A DNA stretch of 64,000 bases from Candidatus Aenigmatarchaeota archaeon (GTDB lineage: Archaea > Aenigmatarchaeota > Aenigmatarchaeia > CG10238-14 > SCSR01): positions 25,741 through 89,740 of the forward strand of contig JAGVVV010000008.1 of assembly GCA_018304615.1 (NCBI GenBank), given 5' to 3'. Shown here in pieces: positions 1 through 9,128 of the stretch. Within the stretch, counting starts at the first letter, position 1; every line of letters begins with the position of its first letter. The translations under genes and the position numbers were made by a program. The notes under the pieces are model-generated. The model was given only the letters and a program-made list of their open reading frames with translations. It made no database searches and was not told where the DNA came from.

Positions 1-779
1 TTTGTTAATTTTAATTATACAGGAAAATTTAAAGGAACTGTTCAAGAACAGGCAGCACTCAGAGAGGAAGGATTAGCAAATGGTTTCATCGGTTTAACGG
101 AGAATGATATAAAATTTTGGAGAGCTTGGTATGATGAAAAAATAAATGATGCTGATGCAAGATTTGGAACCTTCATAAATGAACTAAAAAAATTGAGACT
201 TCTTGATAAAACGATAATAATAGTCTCTTCAGATCATGGGACAGAACTCTATGAACATAAGAGATTTGATCATGGGCATACATTGTATCAGGAATTAATT
301 CACGTTCCGCTAATAATTTGGGCTCCAAAATTCAATGGAATAAAACAGTCACAAAGATAGTTTCAACTTTGGATATAATGCCCACTGTACTACAGTTAGT
401 CAACATTCAACCAAATGAAACTGTAAAAGATCAGATGGGAGGAATTAGTTTAATTCCGGCGATGAAAGGAAAGGATATTGGAAGAGACGTCTATTCAGAA
501 ACTGATTATAGGCTTTATACACACAAACGAGCAATAATAACAACCGACGGCTGGAAATTTATTTTAACTTTAGCTGAGGCACCAGATAAAAAAAACGTCA
601 AAGAATTATATAATTTAAATTCAGATCCAAAAGAAACGAACAATTTGATAGATTCAGAATTAAGGATGGCATACGAATTGGAACAGAAACTTCTCAAACA
701 TCTTAAAGATATGGGAACTAACGTTGATGATCCGTGGATTATTGGATGTTCAACAGTTTACAATGAACAGTGCAAATAA
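1..779 (+). pseudogene. Sulfatase-like (alkaline phosphatase superfamily) gene, 5' end outside window, with apparent 1-bp frameshift near 337-345
   Basis: Frame 1 (1-357) reads ...WRAWYDEKINDAD...SDHGTELYEHKRFDHGHTLYQELIHVPL and stops at 358-360; frame 3 continues NKTVTKIVSTLDIMP...; both parts align to paralog 9129-10553. Confidence 0.75.
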
Positions 780-2264
780 TTAAGGATATGGAAAAATTTT
801 TACAACTTCTATATCCGTTCTATTAAAAATTGCTATTCCTTTTTCTTTAATCCATTCAAACAGATTTGTTTTCAACCTGTCTGCCACATCAATCCTATCG
901 AAATACAAGTTCTTTTGTTCTTTTGGATCTTGTTTTATGTTGTATAGTTCGAACTCTGGAACGAATATTTTTTGTCCACTTATATACCCCCACCAAGAAT
1001 TATTCATTTCAAAATCTCTACTTGTTCTATAGATAAGTTTCCATTCGCTTGTTCTAACTCCAAAATCAATATGTGGTAAGAAAGTTGTATTTGTCTTTGC
1101 AAATTCTTCCCACAGAGGACTCCTTTCTATAAAAATATATTTATTGAATTGAGGGTCTTCATTATAAATGAGGGGAACTAAACTATTGCCTTCTGCTTTT
1201 TCATATTGTGGTATTTTCAAAAAATCAAGGATTGTGGGTAAAATATCTATACTTTGTGTTTGAGTGTAAATTATTTTATGTTCCAATCCTGGATGCTTTA
1301 TTATTAGTGGAACATGAATCTCAGATTCATGAATGTCATAATGCATTATATATTTGTGTTCTCCAAGTTCTTCGCCATGAGAAGAAGTAAAAATTATAAT
1401 GGTGTTCTTCTCTAATCCAGCACTTTTCAAGATGTTGAAAAAATTACCAAGAAAATTATCCATATGTTCTATACCAGCATCGTATTTAGCTACAATAAAA
1501 TCTATGTCATCTTGGTTCAATTGAACAGGATTTTCAGAAACATTCCTCTCAAGCCATTCTCCTCTTTCATAAAGAGGATAGTATGTATAGTTATATATTG
1601 AATTGATTTCAACTAAATTGATAACCTTGTTTTTGAAAAGCCCTCTGTATTGTAGATTTTCATATTTATTTTGTATTTCTTCAGGAACATATTTTCCATA
1701 AGGTGCATGCACTGTTCCAATTGCTAACCATAAAAAGAATTTTTTATTTTTCATAACAGATATTAACTGTTCATCAATTACTGGCAAATCTCTAACATAC
1801 GAAAAATTGGAAATATGATAACCGTTTCCAAAATCTCTGAAAACTTTGAATTCTGGGGAAGTTGAAATGGCGATGGTAGTATAGTTATAAGATTTTAATA
1901 TCTCCGCGATTGTTACTGGAGGATTAGTCAATTTATACTCATTATCAGATGGCCATGGAATGATTAAACCATGTTGGTGAGGATATAAAGAGGTATGTAA
2001 AGAAAATTCGGAGACTGGTGTCAGATAGGATTGAGTAATATAGTTTTTGAACAAAATGCTTTCTGAAGCGAACCTATCTATGTTTGGTGTCGTGTTTTTT
2101 TCATATCCATATACTCCAACATGATCTGCTCGCAAACTATCTATCGAAATTAAAATAACATTACAATCTTTACAAACATAGTTGGGATTAATCTGCTGAA
2201 AATAAAAAATTAGAATTATGGAAAATATTACGAATAAAAGAAATACGATTATTTTCATTCCCAT
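780..2264 (-). CDS. Membrane-anchored sulfatase-like hydrolase/transferase
   Basis: N-terminal TM helix, CKDCNVILISIDSLRADH, SSHGEELGEH, EIHVPLII. Confidence 0.85.
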   Translation of the reverse strand: MGMKIIVFLLFVIFSIILIFYFQQINPNYVCKDCNVILISIDSLRADHVGVYGYEKNTTPNIDRFASESILFKNYITQSYLTPVSEFSLHTSLYPHQHGLIIPWPSDNEYKLTNPPVTIAEILKSYNYTTIAISTSPEFKVFRDFGNGYHISNFSYVRDLPVIDEQLISVMKNKKFFLWLAIGTVHAPYGKYVPEEIQNKYENLQYRGLFKNKVINLVEINSIYNYTYYPLYERGEWLERNVSENPVQLNQDDIDFIVAKYDAGIEHMDNFLGNFFNILKSAGLEKNTIIIFTSSHGEELGEHKYIMHYDIHESEIHVPLIIKHPGLEHKIIYTQTQSIDILPTILDFLKIPQYEKAEGNSLVPLIYNEDPQFNKYIFIERSPLWEEFAKTNTTFLPHIDFGVRTSEWKLIYRTSRDFEMNNSWWGYISGQKIFVPEFELYNIKQDPKEQKNLYFDRIDVADRLKTNLFEWIKEKGIAIFNRTDIEVVKIFPYP

Positions 2265-2289
2265 AATTTTTACCTTAATATATTTTATT

Positions 2290-3588
2290 TCAAATTACAA
2301 CTGCAGTTCCACCAGCATGCCAACTAACTCTTGGCCTAATATTAACTGTGAATATTTTTTCCAGATTGTCGTCAAGAATCATCGCGGCCCCAGGCCATCT
2401 AGGAAGAGAGTTGATGTATTTCCACATGTCCTCCATTAGATATGTCTGCATTACTGCGTTGAGAGCCATCAAATCAGCTTTAGAAGTGAGTCTATGAGTG
2501 ATAACTAAATCTGTCTGACTAAGAATATCCTGATGGATTTTGTTGGGCATCTGTGTTATCATAACCAAACTCACTCCAGGCTCTCTTCCTTCCTTTGCTA
2601 TGGTAAGAAACGGTCCTGATGAAACTGTTTCCCTATCTGATGGTGCCCAGTTGTGTGCTTCGTCTGCAATTAGCCAGACTATAGGATATTTTTTCTTCAT
2701 GACAGTGCCTTCCATTTTCGCCAGCTCCTCCTCTTTTCTAGCAACAACTCTGAACTGATAAATTTTTCTTGCGATAAGAGCAACAAGGAAGTTTCTTACT
2801 GACCACGCTCCAGAGCTTCTTAATCTGGATAAATCTACTACAGTTATCTGGCCTGGTTGGACTAAATCATCTATATTAACTCCTTCAGTTCCGAAAACAC
2901 CCCATTGATTAGCTACTGTGAGCATGTTTTCTAATGCATCCTTAACTTCAGGAGCAGTCTCTCTATCATCCCTGATTTTCGAAATTAAATCTGGAATCAT
3001 AAAATGTTGACCTGATTCAATTAATGAATTGACATTTTTCTCTAATGCAATTGAGACTGCATTCGTCCTCTCAAGATTGAAAGCCAGTCCCCATTCATCA
3101 CCTGTGAACTCCCAAGGCAAGACTGAAATTCCTGCATCAACTGGCAAACCAGATTCTTTGTACTCCTCCAATTGCTTGAAAGGAACAAGAACTTTTATAT
3201 TTTCAAACCCTTTCGGTTCCAAATCCCAATCCTTAAGAAGTTCGGCTTGTTGGTCATTAGGCCTCTTCATGCTCCAAAAAATTCCCATCGTGTCAATTAT
3301 GACCACAGAAATATTGTTCCTATATTCTTCAGGCAACATGGCAATTTCTTCTGCGATAACTCCGCCAACATAAGATTTACCAGTTCCTCTTTTCCCGGAA
3401 ACAAGGATGATGTGCGGCCTCAACAGATCAAGAAGAACTTTTGTCGTGATGTGAGCATCTTCGCCAGTTCCGACAATGTGTTTGCCGATGTATCCAACAC
3501 CCTTGTCCTGGAATTTTTGCGCATCTTCCTTAATCCTTCCGACAATTGTGTATGTCTTAACCGTCTGGTCTAGAGTTGGCATATACAT
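2290..3588 (-). CDS. HerA/DUF87-family P-loop ATPase
   Basis: Walker A GKRGTGKS, Walker B LIADEAH, AKEGREPGVSLVMITQ. Confidence 0.85.
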   Translation of the reverse strand: MYMPTLDQTVKTYTIVGRIKEDAQKFQDKGVGYIGKHIVGTGEDAHITTKVLLDLLRPHIILVSGKRGTGKSYVGGVIAEEIAMLPEEYRNNISVVIIDTMGIFWSMKRPNDQQAELLKDWDLEPKGFENIKVLVPFKQLEEYKESGLPVDAGISVLPWEFTGDEWGLAFNLERTNAVSIALEKNVNSLIESGQHFMIPDLISKIRDDRETAPEVKDALENMLTVANQWGVFGTEGVNIDDLVQPGQITVVDLSRLRSSGAWSVRNFLVALIARKIYQFRVVARKEEELAKMEGTVMKKKYPIVWLIADEAHNWAPSDRETVSSGPFLTIAKEGREPGVSLVMITQMPNKIHQDILSQTDLVITHRLTSKADLMALNAVMQTYLMEDMWKYINSLPRWPGAAMILDDNLEKIFTVNIRPRVSWHAGGTAVVI

Positions 3589-3621
3589 TAATTTCGTATT
3601 CTATTCATTTATTATTTGAAG

Positions 3622-3696
3622 GGGGAAGTCATCTAGCTTGGTCTAGGATTTATCCTTGGGGTGGATAACACCTGGGTTCAAATCCCAGCTTCCCCA
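3622..3696 (+). tRNA. tRNA-Pro(GGG)
   Basis: Cloverleaf: GGGGAAG/CTTCCCC acceptor, TATCC-TTGGGGT-GGATA anticodon arm, CTGGG-TTCAAAT-CCCAG T arm. Confidence 0.93.
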
Positions 3697-3705
3697 TCAT
3701 GCTAA

Positions 3706-5076
3706 CTAAATGTAGCCGAGCTCGCGCAGTCTAGGAAGTACGGAATTATTGAATTTGCTTTGATTGACGAACCCACCATAAATCAAACGCGACTTTGAGG
3801 AGTTGGAAAGAAAGGAATCTATAACAACTAACAGTTTTTCGAAATTTGACGAGTCTGAAATGTTTTTTAACTCGAATGGATCCAAGTTCAAATAATATAA
3901 TTCAGTGGATGAAGTCGTGGAATCCTTTATTATTTTTTTGGAATTCTGAATTACGGAAGTTTTAGAATTCAATTCGGATATTACGAAGTCTCGTTGTTGT
4001 GAGAAAAGAGGCTGACCTTGAAATTGGGAGGGAATTTGTATGTTTAAAAGTTGTAAAATTGTAGGAGCAATGTCCACTCCAGAAGCTATTTGATTAATCA
4101 CTTGACCTCTTGAATTCGGGATTAACACAATCAGAGGGACCCGAATTTCTTCATTGTAAAGATCTAATCCATGGCCAACCCTATAATGCTCACCGAATGC
4201 TTCCCCATGGTCACCAGTAATAATAATGACAGTTTTGTCAAGAAGATGTTTCCGCTGCAAAAATTCATAATCTTGCCTGAGCACAAAGTCGATAAAATTT
4301 ACAGACCCATCGTATATTGCAATTGCATCTTGAAGCTGGGTTTGAGAAAGATTCAGTTCATTCAAGTCGTCGCTGGAAAGATTCCAATTAGTTAAATCGT
4401 TAATAGAGATATTAAGTTTGTTTAATAAAACGGTAGAAATGCCAAGAGATTCAGCATTTGTATTGTTGGGTTTGTACAAGTAGTAATAATCGGCAGGCAA
4501 AAGCCATCTGCTATGGGGTTCGGAATAGTGAAGGAAAAGAAAGAATCTTTTGTCTTTATTTTGATCAATCCATTTAAATGCAAACTGATTGACACTCTCA
4601 GAGTTTCTCTTTGAGATGTTTGATAGGGCATCTTCATTGTAAACGTCAAATCCTCTATTGTATCCATAATAGGAACTCAAATAAGGCAATGTGACCACAG
4701 CAGCTGTTTGATAACCGTTTTGCTTTAAAATTTGAGGAAATGTTACGGCGTTGCTGCTCAATGTAAAGTCGAAATTGTCCTTTCCCACCAAATGCGTGGA
4801 GGGGTAAAGAGAGGTAAAAATGGAGATATGGGAAGGAAGGGTGTATGATGAAGTGGAATATGAATGTTTGAAAATGAAAGACTGATTGGAGATTTCATTT
4901 AAGAAAGGAGTCGTAGCTCTATTATAACCATACAAATTCATATGATTTGACCCTAGAGTGTCAACAGAAATTAAAATTACATTGCAGTCCTTGCAAAATG
5001 GCTTGCTTGAACTACTGAAAAATACGAATATCGAAATGGTCAGTAAAATCAAAAAGACAATGAGAAAAGATTTCAT
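3706..5076 (-). CDS. Membrane-anchored sulfatase-like hydrolase/transferase
   Basis: TM anchor, CKDCNVILISVDTL, SYTLPSHISIFTSLYP, GDHGEAFGEH, C-terminal LRELGYI. Confidence 0.88.
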   Translation of the reverse strand: MKSFLIVFLILLTISIFVFFSSSSKPFCKDCNVILISVDTLGSNHMNLYGYNRATTPFLNEISNQSFIFKHSYSTSSYTLPSHISIFTSLYPSTHLVGKDNFDFTLSSNAVTFPQILKQNGYQTAAVVTLPYLSSYYGYNRGFDVYNEDALSNISKRNSESVNQFAFKWIDQNKDKRFFLFLHYSEPHSRWLLPADYYYLYKPNNTNAESLGISTVLLNKLNISINDLTNWNLSSDDLNELNLSQTQLQDAIAIYDGSVNFIDFVLRQDYEFLQRKHLLDKTVIIITGDHGEAFGEHYRVGHGLDLYNEEIRVPLIVLIPNSRGQVINQIASGVDIAPTILQLLNIQIPSQFQGQPLFSQQRDFVISELNSKTSVIQNSKKIIKDSTTSSTELYYLNLDPFELKNISDSSNFEKLLVVIDSFLSNSSKSRLIYGGFVNQSKFNNSVLPRLRELGYI

Positions 5077-5107
5077 AATAATATTTAACTAAACATAAAG
5101 ATATCAT

Positions 5108-6421
5108 ATGAAAAAGCTTTTACTGCCGCTGATAATTCTTGTCATCCTTGTCATGTTGTTTTTCAAATTGAGGGAACCAGAAGGGAAAAATGTGATTGTA
5201 ACTGGGACAGGAAATCCGGGAAAAATTCTCGTCTATAAGTTTGAAGGAGTAAATATTGTCCGTAAACAGATTGATACAGGTTACAAACTAGTTCATACGG
5301 TAAAAATAGGCAATGTGAGAAATGACGGGAACCAAGTAATTGTTGCTGGTGTTTCGAATAGTTTTTATGGGCCTCCTTTCGGATGTTCTGTCCTAATTTA
5401 TCACCCAGAGAAAAATTTTGAAAAGGAAGTGGTTGATGACGTGGTGGATTTGAGATGCAAGGATGTTTCAATAGGAGATGTCGACAACGATGGGAAAAAT
5501 GAGATTGTTTTAGGCACTCATGGTGAAGGAATAATAAACGTCTACAGGTGGGAAGGAAACAAATGGGTAAAACAGGAGATAGAAAGAAACTTCATCAAAC
5601 AGATTGACGAAAAAGGAAAAACAAATCACAGAGTTCCAATCGAGAAACTCACTTATGATGCAATCGATCAAACTGCAATTCATATTGTGAAAATTGGGGA
5701 CGCCACGAACAAGGGGAAGAATGGGATTATTGCCTCGGAATCCTCTCCATTGGAGTATACAGACGGACCTCAGATAAGTTATGTGAATATTTACGAATTT
5801 GACGGGAAAAATTGGAACAGGACAACTATTCATACAGGCAAAGGTTTTCAACATAGAAGTATCTTGGTTGGTGATTTTGATTATTCGGGTGGGAATGAGG
5901 TTTTGATTGGAGCGGCACCAAGCAGATTGTTCATGTTGAGATATGATGGAAATTGGTCTTCTACTCTGATCTTCAATCAGACGATTGACAAAAATATGAA
6001 AGGGCTTGATTTCCAGGACATCTATTCGAATGGAAAGAAAGTAATAGTCCTGGCTACAGGAATTCCAAACACTCTTATTTACACTTTGGAATGGGATGGG
6101 AGAGAATTTCAGAAAAAGTTGATTGGAAATGTATCTCAAGTTTCCGAAAATTATAATGTGATTAAAAACCTGAATTACAATGCCTTGGACGTCCAGGCAA
6201 GAGATATCGACAATGACGGGAAGCTTGAAATAATAGTGGCAGGAAAAGCCGATACAAGTGTGACTTTGGACAAATTGACTCCCGAAAACAACATCTTTGG
6301 CTGGGAAGCAACTCCTTATGGTTTTCTAGTCGTCTACAAATTTGACGGGAAGAATTGGAATCCTCTTGTTCTAGACACTTATTCAGTTCTTGGAATGGAT
6401 GTCGGAAACGTCAGATACTAA
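5108..6421 (+). CDS. Secreted/anchored FG-GAP (VCBS) repeat beta-propeller protein
   Basis: Signal/TM helix and repeated GDVDNDGKNEIV, DIDNDGKLEII, GDFDYSGGNEV motifs. Confidence 0.8.
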   Translation: MKKLLLPLIILVILVMLFFKLREPEGKNVIVTGTGNPGKILVYKFEGVNIVRKQIDTGYKLVHTVKIGNVRNDGNQVIVAGVSNSFYGPPFGCSVLIYHPEKNFEKEVVDDVVDLRCKDVSIGDVDNDGKNEIVLGTHGEGIINVYRWEGNKWVKQEIERNFIKQIDEKGKTNHRVPIEKLTYDAIDQTAIHIVKIGDATNKGKNGIIASESSPLEYTDGPQISYVNIYEFDGKNWNRTTIHTGKGFQHRSILVGDFDYSGGNEVLIGAAPSRLFMLRYDGNWSSTLIFNQTIDKNMKGLDFQDIYSNGKKVIVLATGIPNTLIYTLEWDGREFQKKLIGNVSQVSENYNVIKNLNYNALDVQARDIDNDGKLEIIVAGKADTSVTLDKLTPENNIFGWEATPYGFLVVYKFDGKNWNPLVLDTYSVLGMDVGNVRY

Positions 6422-6456
6422 CGCTTAAATAATATTAATTAGGAAGTTCTTGTCGA

Positions 6457-6529
6457 GGGGGAGTGGTATAGCTCACTTTGGTCTAGAATGGTCTAGCATT
6501 CCAGCCTTGGGAGTTGGAGCCTAGTTCAA
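6457..6529 (+). pseudogene. Truncated tRNA-Pro(TGG) copy with 15-nt D-loop insertion (6474-6488)
   Basis: Identical to 8994-9041 apart from the insertion; diverges in variable/T arm; no 3' acceptor strand. Confidence 0.8.
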
Positions 6530-7467
6530 CTCAGAAGTTCATAATCCCATTTCCATTCGGTGTTGTTTTTAGCTGTCCAAACTTTTAATTTGACTAAATC
6601 CCCTTTCTTAACTTTGAGGGCTTCCTTAACTGGAAGGATAAACGATTTCCATTCAGGATTATTGTCAAGGGAATTAATTTGAATTGTGTCGGTAAGATAA
6701 ATTTTGAAATATGCGCAAAAGCAGTTCAAATAACCATTTTTGGTTATTTTGAAAGTTTTTTCCACGAAGATGATTTTAGGAAGCGAATAAAAATTCAATG
6801 AATAAACTAATTTATCGTTGCTTAAAAACTCTGTTCTATTAGTTATTTGGATGGGATATGTCTTCTCTGACAGTTTCCTATGAAACGGCGAAAAATCGAT
6901 ACCGTATCTTTTCTGCCAGAAAAAATCGAATTCGTTTGATTCAGCCGGTGAAAACATAATTTCTATTTTTTTAGGTATCATTTTTCCATCATTTTTAAGA
7001 AATTTTCTAGCAAAGCGCATTTTGTCAATAATGCCTTCGTCGACAACACTTCCTCCTATAAGTTCCGATATGATGCAATCCACTTTGGGAATTTTTATAC
7101 GATTCAAATTTGCGCGAATAAAAGTTATATTGTTAAAATTGTTTTTGGTTGCTATCTCTTGAGCCAAATGGATGATTTTTGAATAATCGACAGCATAAAT
7201 TTTTTTAGCGCCCATATTTGCTGCGAAAAATGCAAGAATACCAGTGCCGGTTCCTACATCCAAAACAGTATCATATTTTCTTACAGTTTTCATGATAGCT
7301 TTTTTGAATTTATGAACGCGAGTTTTGTCCGAAAGCATACGTCTGTGCCCTTTCAAATTCTGGAAAGAATATTGTAGAAGGGTTTCCCTGACAAAATGTA
7401 AAGAATATAATTTTAGGAGTATATCCTTCACAATTAATTCAAATTTACCGCTGAAGCCATATGACAC
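6526..7467 (-). CDS. Protein-arginine-methyltransferase (PRMT)-like SAM methyltransferase
   Basis: HRRMLSDKTR, VLDVGTGTGIL, double-E loop IISELIGGSVVDE, C-terminal beta domain. Confidence 0.75.
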   Translation of the reverse strand: MSYGFSGKFELIVKDILLKLYSLHFVRETLLQYSFQNLKGHRRMLSDKTRVHKFKKAIMKTVRKYDTVLDVGTGTGILAFFAANMGAKKIYAVDYSKIIHLAQEIATKNNFNNITFIRANLNRIKIPKVDCIISELIGGSVVDEGIIDKMRFARKFLKNDGKMIPKKIEIMFSPAESNEFDFFWQKRYGIDFSPFHRKLSEKTYPIQITNRTEFLSNDKLVYSLNFYSLPKIIFVEKTFKITKNGYLNCFCAYFKIYLTDTIQINSLDNNPEWKSFILPVKEALKVKKGDLVKLKVWTAKNNTEWKWDYELLS

Positions 7468-7590
7468 TAAATAAACATTAAAGTCATTTGTTTTAATCTT
7501 TAAATAATATCACAGTCTATATCGCTAATTTTTCTAGTTGGGAATATCCATTACTAATAAATGATAAGATAGGAAAAAGAAGTAATTTAT

Positions 7591-8940
7591 ATGAAATTGA
7601 AAATTATTATCAGAACAATTATTGTGATTTTCAGTTTATTGATATCTATACTTTTTCTAAAGTCAAGTAATGAAACCCATGATGCAGAATGTAAAAATTG
7701 CAGTGTCATTTTGTTCACTGTAGATGTTTTGAGAGTAGAAAATCTAGGTATTTATGAATATCCAAGAAACACAAGTCCGAATATTGATTCGTTTTTTAAA
7801 CAAGGTTTTATTTTTTATAATGCATTCTCTACTTCGTCCCATACTTTGCCAAGCCATGTTTCTATTTTTACCGGCAACTATCCTTCAACACACAAAATAA
7901 TGCCACGAGCTAATATGACACTTCCACATGATCAAAAAACAATCGCCGAAATTTTCAAGGTCTACGGATATCAAACACAAAGTTTCCATGGTGACGACTC
8001 TTTGGATACTAAAGGAGCTGGATTTGAAAGAGGATTTGACAATGTTTATAATCAGAGTGATAATAAACCAAAGATTTTCGATTTTCTTAAATCAGTTAAA
8101 GGTAAATTTTTCTTATCAATATACACAGAAAAATTGCACGATCCTTATTTGTCAAACATTACCTACGAAAATATGTTTGATAAAGATTATAATGGAAGTA
8201 TAATTGGTGATTATGATAAATTTGTACAATTAAAAAAAGAAAATAACATTACAGATGATTTTACACAAGAAAGGCTATTGTTTTGGAGTAAAGTGAACAA
8301 ATCAGATACCAAGGATGTAAAACACTTAATTGCACTTTATGATTCAAATATATATCAAATTGATTTGTTCTTTGGGGAACTCATTAAATATTTAGATGAT
8401 AGAGGGTTTTTGAATGATACAATTATTATACTTACATCTGATCATGGAGAACAGTTTAATGAACATGGAGATTTTCTGCATACGAAACTATATGATGAAA
8501 TTATTCATGTTCCTCTTCTAATTTATGTTCCTAAAACTAAACAGACTGTAATAAAAAATCAAGTCAGCCTTGTAGATTTGAGTCCAACAATTCTATCACT
8601 CGTTGGAATCGTACCTCCTCAAAATATTGATGGTAGGAGTTTAAAGTTCCTAATGGGTAATCCGAATGTAGAGGACAAAAATCAGGTTATATATTCTGAA
8701 TTTGCCTTCCAAAGAGCGATAAGGACTCCAGAATGGAAATTTATCAAAACGGTGAACGGGACAGTGTCATATGAGTTTTTTGATTTAAGAAACGATCCTA
8801 AGGAATTAATTAATTTATATGGGAAAAATGTCAATGAAGAAAGTTTATTTAAACAAGCTTTAGAAGGTTGGGAAGTTAAAATGAACAGTAGTTATGTTAA
8901 TGTTAAATTTCTAAATTCCACGTTTATCGGCTATCCTTGA
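7591..8940 (+). CDS. Membrane-anchored sulfatase-like hydrolase/transferase
   Basis: TM anchor, CKNCSVILFTVDVLR, SHTLPSHVSIFTGNYP, SDHGEQFNEHG. Confidence 0.88.
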   Translation: MKLKIIIRTIIVIFSLLISILFLKSSNETHDAECKNCSVILFTVDVLRVENLGIYEYPRNTSPNIDSFFKQGFIFYNAFSTSSHTLPSHVSIFTGNYPSTHKIMPRANMTLPHDQKTIAEIFKVYGYQTQSFHGDDSLDTKGAGFERGFDNVYNQSDNKPKIFDFLKSVKGKFFLSIYTEKLHDPYLSNITYENMFDKDYNGSIIGDYDKFVQLKKENNITDDFTQERLLFWSKVNKSDTKDVKHLIALYDSNIYQIDLFFGELIKYLDDRGFLNDTIIILTSDHGEQFNEHGDFLHTKLYDEIIHVPLLIYVPKTKQTVIKNQVSLVDLSPTILSLVGIVPPQNIDGRSLKFLMGNPNVEDKNQVIYSEFAFQRAIRTPEWKFIKTVNGTVSYEFFDLRNDPKELINLYGKNVNEESLFKQALEGWEVKMNSSYVNVKFLNSTFIGYP

Positions 8941-8993
8941 ATAATTCAAAGATAATAATCTTTAAATAATATCATTTAGCAAGTTCATCAGAT

Positions 8994-9068
8994 GGGGGAG
9001 TGGTATAGCTTGGTCTAGCATTCCAGCCTTGGGAGTTGGAGACCCGTGTTCAAATCACGGCTCCCCCA
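8994..9068 (+). tRNA. tRNA-Pro(TGG), intronless
   Basis: GGGGGAG/CTCCCCC acceptor, CCAGC-CTTGGGA-GTTGG anticodon arm, CCGTG-TTCAAAT-CACGG T arm; TTTAAATA box upstream. Confidence 0.95.
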
Positions 9069-9128
9069 CATTTAAAAAACTGATTCATGAAGATAGCAAA
9101 GATTAAAATTGAAGAAATTAAATAATAC

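Noticed and set aside
6457-6529. Split (trans-spliced) tRNA halves at 6457, 17456 and 53228
   Set aside because: No complementary GC-rich leader or trailer, the T arms are mutated, and an intact tRNA-Pro(TGG) is present
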